The notes under the pieces were generated by a model. The model saw nothing but the letters and a program-made list of their open reading frames with translations, did no database searches and had not been told where the DNA came from. A DNA stretch of 64,000 nt, from NCBI RefSeq assembly GCF_030144855.1, contig NC_082730.1:1488001-1552000 (forward strand), given 5' to 3'. The translations under genes and the position numbers were made by a program. This document shows, in pieces, positions 60,390 to 64,000 of the stretch. This DNA comes from Hypanus sabinus (Eukaryota). Each line of letters begins with the position of its first letter. The first letter of the stretch is position 1.

Positions 60390-62215
60390 AATCAGATTCA
60401 GAGTCAGGTTTACTATCACCAGCAGACGTCATGAAATTTGTTAACTTTAGGGCAACAGTACAAAGAAATACATGATAAATATACAGGAAAAACACTGAAT
60501 TACAGTAAGTATGTATATACCCATTAAATAGTTAAAAGAAGTAGTGCAAAAAATACTGAAATAAAGGGTTCAATATCCATTTAGAAATTGGATGGTAGAG
60601 GGGAAGAAGCTGTTTCTGAATCACTGAGTGTCTGCCCTCAGGCTTCTGAACCGCCTTCCTGACGATAACATTGAGAAGAGGCATATCCTGGGTGGTGGGG
60701 GTCCTTAATGTTGGGCACCACTTTCCCAAGGCACCTTTCCTTGATGATGTCTTGGATACTACAGAGGCTGGTATCCATGATAGAGCTATTTTTACAAGTT
60801 TTTGCAACTTACTTTGATTTTATGCAGTAGCCTCACCCCCCATACCAGAAAGTGATACAGCCAGTCAGAATCCTCTCCATGGTACATTTGTAGAAGTTTT
60901 TGAGTGTTTTCGAGCTGATAAACCAAATCACCTCAGACTCCTAATGAAATATAGCTGTTGTCTTGCCTTTATAGCTGCATCAATATGTTAATGTCCAGGT
61001 TAGGTCCTCAGCGATATTGATACCCAGGAACTTGAAACGGCTCACTCTCTCCACTTCTGATCCCTCCATGAGGATTGGTTTGTGTTCCCTCATTTTACCC
61101 TTTCTGAAGCTCTTTGGTCTTTCTGACGTTGAGTGCAAGTTTGTTGCTGTGACACCACTTAACTAACTGGTATATCTCACTTCTGTATGCATTTTCATCA
61201 GCATCTGAAATTCTGTCAACAATGTTTATATCATCAGCAAATTTATAGCTATGCCTAATCGCACATTCCGTCATTGGTATAGAGAGAGTAGAGCAGAGGG
61301 CTAAGCACACACCCCTGAGGAGCGCCAGTGTTGATCATCCACACAGATTGTGGTCTTCCAGTTAGTAAGTTGAGGACCAGTTGCGGAGGGGAGGTACAGA
61401 GACTTTTCAATCAGGACTGTAGGAATCATGATGTTAAATGCTGAGCTATATTCAATAAACAGCATGCTGACGTAAGTGCATTGTCCAGGTGATCCAAGGC
61501 CACGTGAAGAACCATTCAGAATGTTTCGGCTGTAGACCTTTTGTGGCGATAGGCAAATTGATGTTGGTCCAGTTCCTTCTTGGGACAGGTGCTGATCCTA
61601 GCCTTGACCAAACTGTCAGAAGTATTTTGTCGCCATGGATGTGAGCACTACTGGACAATGGTCGTTAAGGCAGCTCTTCTTGGGCACTGGTATAATTGTT
61701 ACTCTTTTGAAGCAGGTGGGAACTTCTGAATGTAGCAGTGAGACATTTAAAATGTTTTTGAATACCCCTCCAGTTGGTTGGCACAGGTTTCAGAGTCTTA
61801 CCAGCTACTTCATCAGGCCCTGTTAGCTTGCGAGGATTAACCCTCTTGAAAGACTGCTTGACATCGGCCTCCGAGACAGAGATCACAGGGTAATCAGATG
61901 TTGCAGGGATCCTCCCAGACATGTTTATTCTCCCTTTCAAAATAAGCAAGATAGGCTTTGAGTTCATCTGGTAGTGAAGCATTGCTGCCATTTCATGATG
62001 TTGGGTTTCACTTTGTAGGAAGTAATGTCTTGCAAACCTTGCCAGATTTCATGTGCATCCAATGTCTCCTCCAATCTCTCTAGGAATTGTTTCTTTGCTC
62101 TTGAAATCGCCCTGCACAAGTCATACCTAGTTTTATTGTACAGACCTGGATCACCAGACTTATATGCCCCAGGTCTAGCCCTCAGCAGACTATGTACCTC
62201 CTGGTTCATCCCTCT
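60390..62215 (-). mobile_element. Rex1/Babar LINE, degenerate, 5'-truncated
   Basis: ORFs 61964-62239, 61665-61991 and 61095-61310 (YKFADD); tail AAACCTGACTCTGAATCTGATTC. Confidence 0.82.
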
Positions 62216-63147
62216 GTCAGCCTGGTGATCTCTTCCCATGATGGATCTGGGAACAGAGGTGTGGGAATCTGGTGTCGAGCTTGTGAATGATGTGGTCTAT
62301 CCAATGGACAGGGTGTAACTGGGGCTTCCATGCTGGGGATGTTGGTCTGGGAGAGGTCACTGATATTGGTTGACTGATCCTTCCAGTGGATTGGGAGGGG
62401 TTTGTGGGGATAGTGTTGGTGTTGTATCTGTCCAGTACCTTGAGGAGCCTGCAGCAGGTGGTCCAAATTGCAGTGGGACCAGGTCCTTGCTGAGACAGGG
62501 TTGCCCACTAGACCATGTCTTGTCTAAAGAGGTCTTTGCCCTTTTCCATGATCAACTGAAGGTGATGATGACAGTCACCATCAATGTTCTCCTTCAACAA
62601 GAGGTAGCTCCTAAGAAGTAGTCCATTTCCCAGGATCTCAGCTTGGACCTGTTGTACAGTGGTGACAAGTTGCTGAATGTTGGGTGTGAACCCACTCTGT
62701 TGCACTTCACTGAAGATGATCTTGAAGCCCAGCAGTGACTACACGCTGCAACTCAATGACTGACATCAGGGTAACCTTGGTCATGGAGGTATCTGCAGAG
62801 GAGTCTTCCTGCTGTCTACCTTGAGAATGGTTTCAAAGGTACATTTAAGGTCAGAGAAATGTATACATTATATATCCTGAAATTCTTTTTCTTGGCAACC
62901 ATCCACGAAAATGGAGGAGTGCCCCAAAGAATGAATGCCACTTAAATGATAGAACCCCAAAGCACACCGCAGCTCCCCCTCCCACATGTAAGCAGCAGCA
63001 AAGCAACAATCCCCCTCCCCACCAGCAAAAAAAGTATCATGCCCCCCCCCACTGAGCATTCAAGGGTGTAGCAAAACATCAATAAAAACACAGACTTGCA
63101 GTACCTCAAAGATTACTCGTTCACCTGGTAATTCCACATAACACACT

Positions 63148-63420
63148 TGCGTGGCCAAGTGACTAAGGCGTCAGTCTAGTGATCTGAAGGTTGCCTGTTC
63201 AAGCCTCAGCTGAGGCAGCGTGTTGTGTCCTTGAGCAAGGCACTTAACCACACATTGCTCTGTGACAACACCGGAGCCAAGCTGTATTGGCCTAGTGCCT
63301 TTCCCTTGGACAACATCGGTGGCATGGAGAGGAGAGACTTGCAGCATGGGCAACTGCTGGTCTTCCATACAACCTTTCCCAGGCCTCAGTCAACATCAAA
63401 ATTGATGGACAGCTGAAGAA
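63148..63420 (+). mobile_element. tRNA-derived SINE with CORE-like segment
   Basis: A box GTGGCCAAGTG, B box GTTCAAGCC, GTGTCCTTGAGCAAGGCACTTAACC core, GAAGAA tail. Confidence 0.75.
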
Positions 63421-63559
63421 AAAGATATACTGCAGGTTCTCTCTGTCCCTAATAAGGGAAAAAGAGGTGTCTCAGTTACCACCAGCTCCTCCTCTTAAGT
63501 GACTCCCTAAATTTCAGTGTGGATTTTCTCATTGCAGAGGCACCATTTTGTTACAAATG

Positions 63560-64000
63560 TCTGCTTGTTTTGAAAGAGAGAATAAAACTACAGCTATGAG
63601 GATCCCTGCAGTACCCGGTGATCCTGTGATCCCTGTCTCAGAGGCCACTGTAAGGCTGTCTTTCAAGAGGATGTATCCTCACAAGGTGACAGGCCCTAAT
63701 GGGTTCTGCTGGTAAGGCTCTGAAAACCTGTGCCAACCAACTGACAGGAGTATTCAAAGACATTTTCAATCTCTTACTGCTACAATCAGAAGTTCCCACC
63801 TGCTTCAAAAGGGCAACAATTATACCAGTGCCCAAGAAGAGCAGTGTGAGCTGCCTTAATGACTATCATCCAGTAGCACTCACATCTACCGTGATGAAGT
63901 GCTTTAAGAGGTTGGATGTGGCTAGAATTAACTTATGTCTCAGCGAGGACCTGGACCTACCCGCAATTTGTCTATCACCACAATAGGACTATGGCAGAAG
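63560..64000 (+). mobile_element. Rex1/Babar LINE fragment, running off the window end
   Basis: ORF 63699-63986: [35 protein letters not shown]. Confidence 0.85.

Noticed and set aside
63148-63220. tRNA gene
   Set aside because: Only A/B boxes of a SINE head; no complete cloverleaf is evident and it continues into SINE body.

Overview
Eukaryotic vertebrate genomic DNA, repeat-dense, with one 154-N assembly gap at 53022-53175. The repeat mix (CR1, Rex/Babar, RTE, Penelope, V-SINE-like, Tc1) suggests a cartilaginous fish, probably a ray; this host call is inference. Three intact spliced genes can be reconstructed with GT-AG junctions in consistent phase: KLHDC9 (+), PFDN2 (-) and NIT1 (+). They have the same order and orientation as the human 1q23 cluster. 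Most ORFs in the supplied track are transposon debris or low-complexity artefacts. Highlights: (1) a near-complete fossil Ty1/copia LTR retrotransposon (GalEa-like; 2072-11947) with both LTRs, a tRNA-iMet primer-binding site, a polypurine tract and gag-PR-INT-RT-RH order, broken by nested insertions; (2) a candidate 2-codon first exon of KLHDC9, 13.5 kb upstream, next to an RFX X-box; (3) a candidate mitochondrial-targeting first exon for NIT1 in the shared PFDN2/NIT1 promoter; (4) PFDN2 lacking an intron present in the human gene; (5) two nearly identical inverted young CR1 copies that share the same nonsense codon and flank the gene cluster; (6) an anomalously AT-rich catalytic exon in NIT1; (7) a structured non-coding retroposon and Penelope hammerhead relics. 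I found no clear wholly new gene system. All homology calls are from remembered motifs, not database searches.
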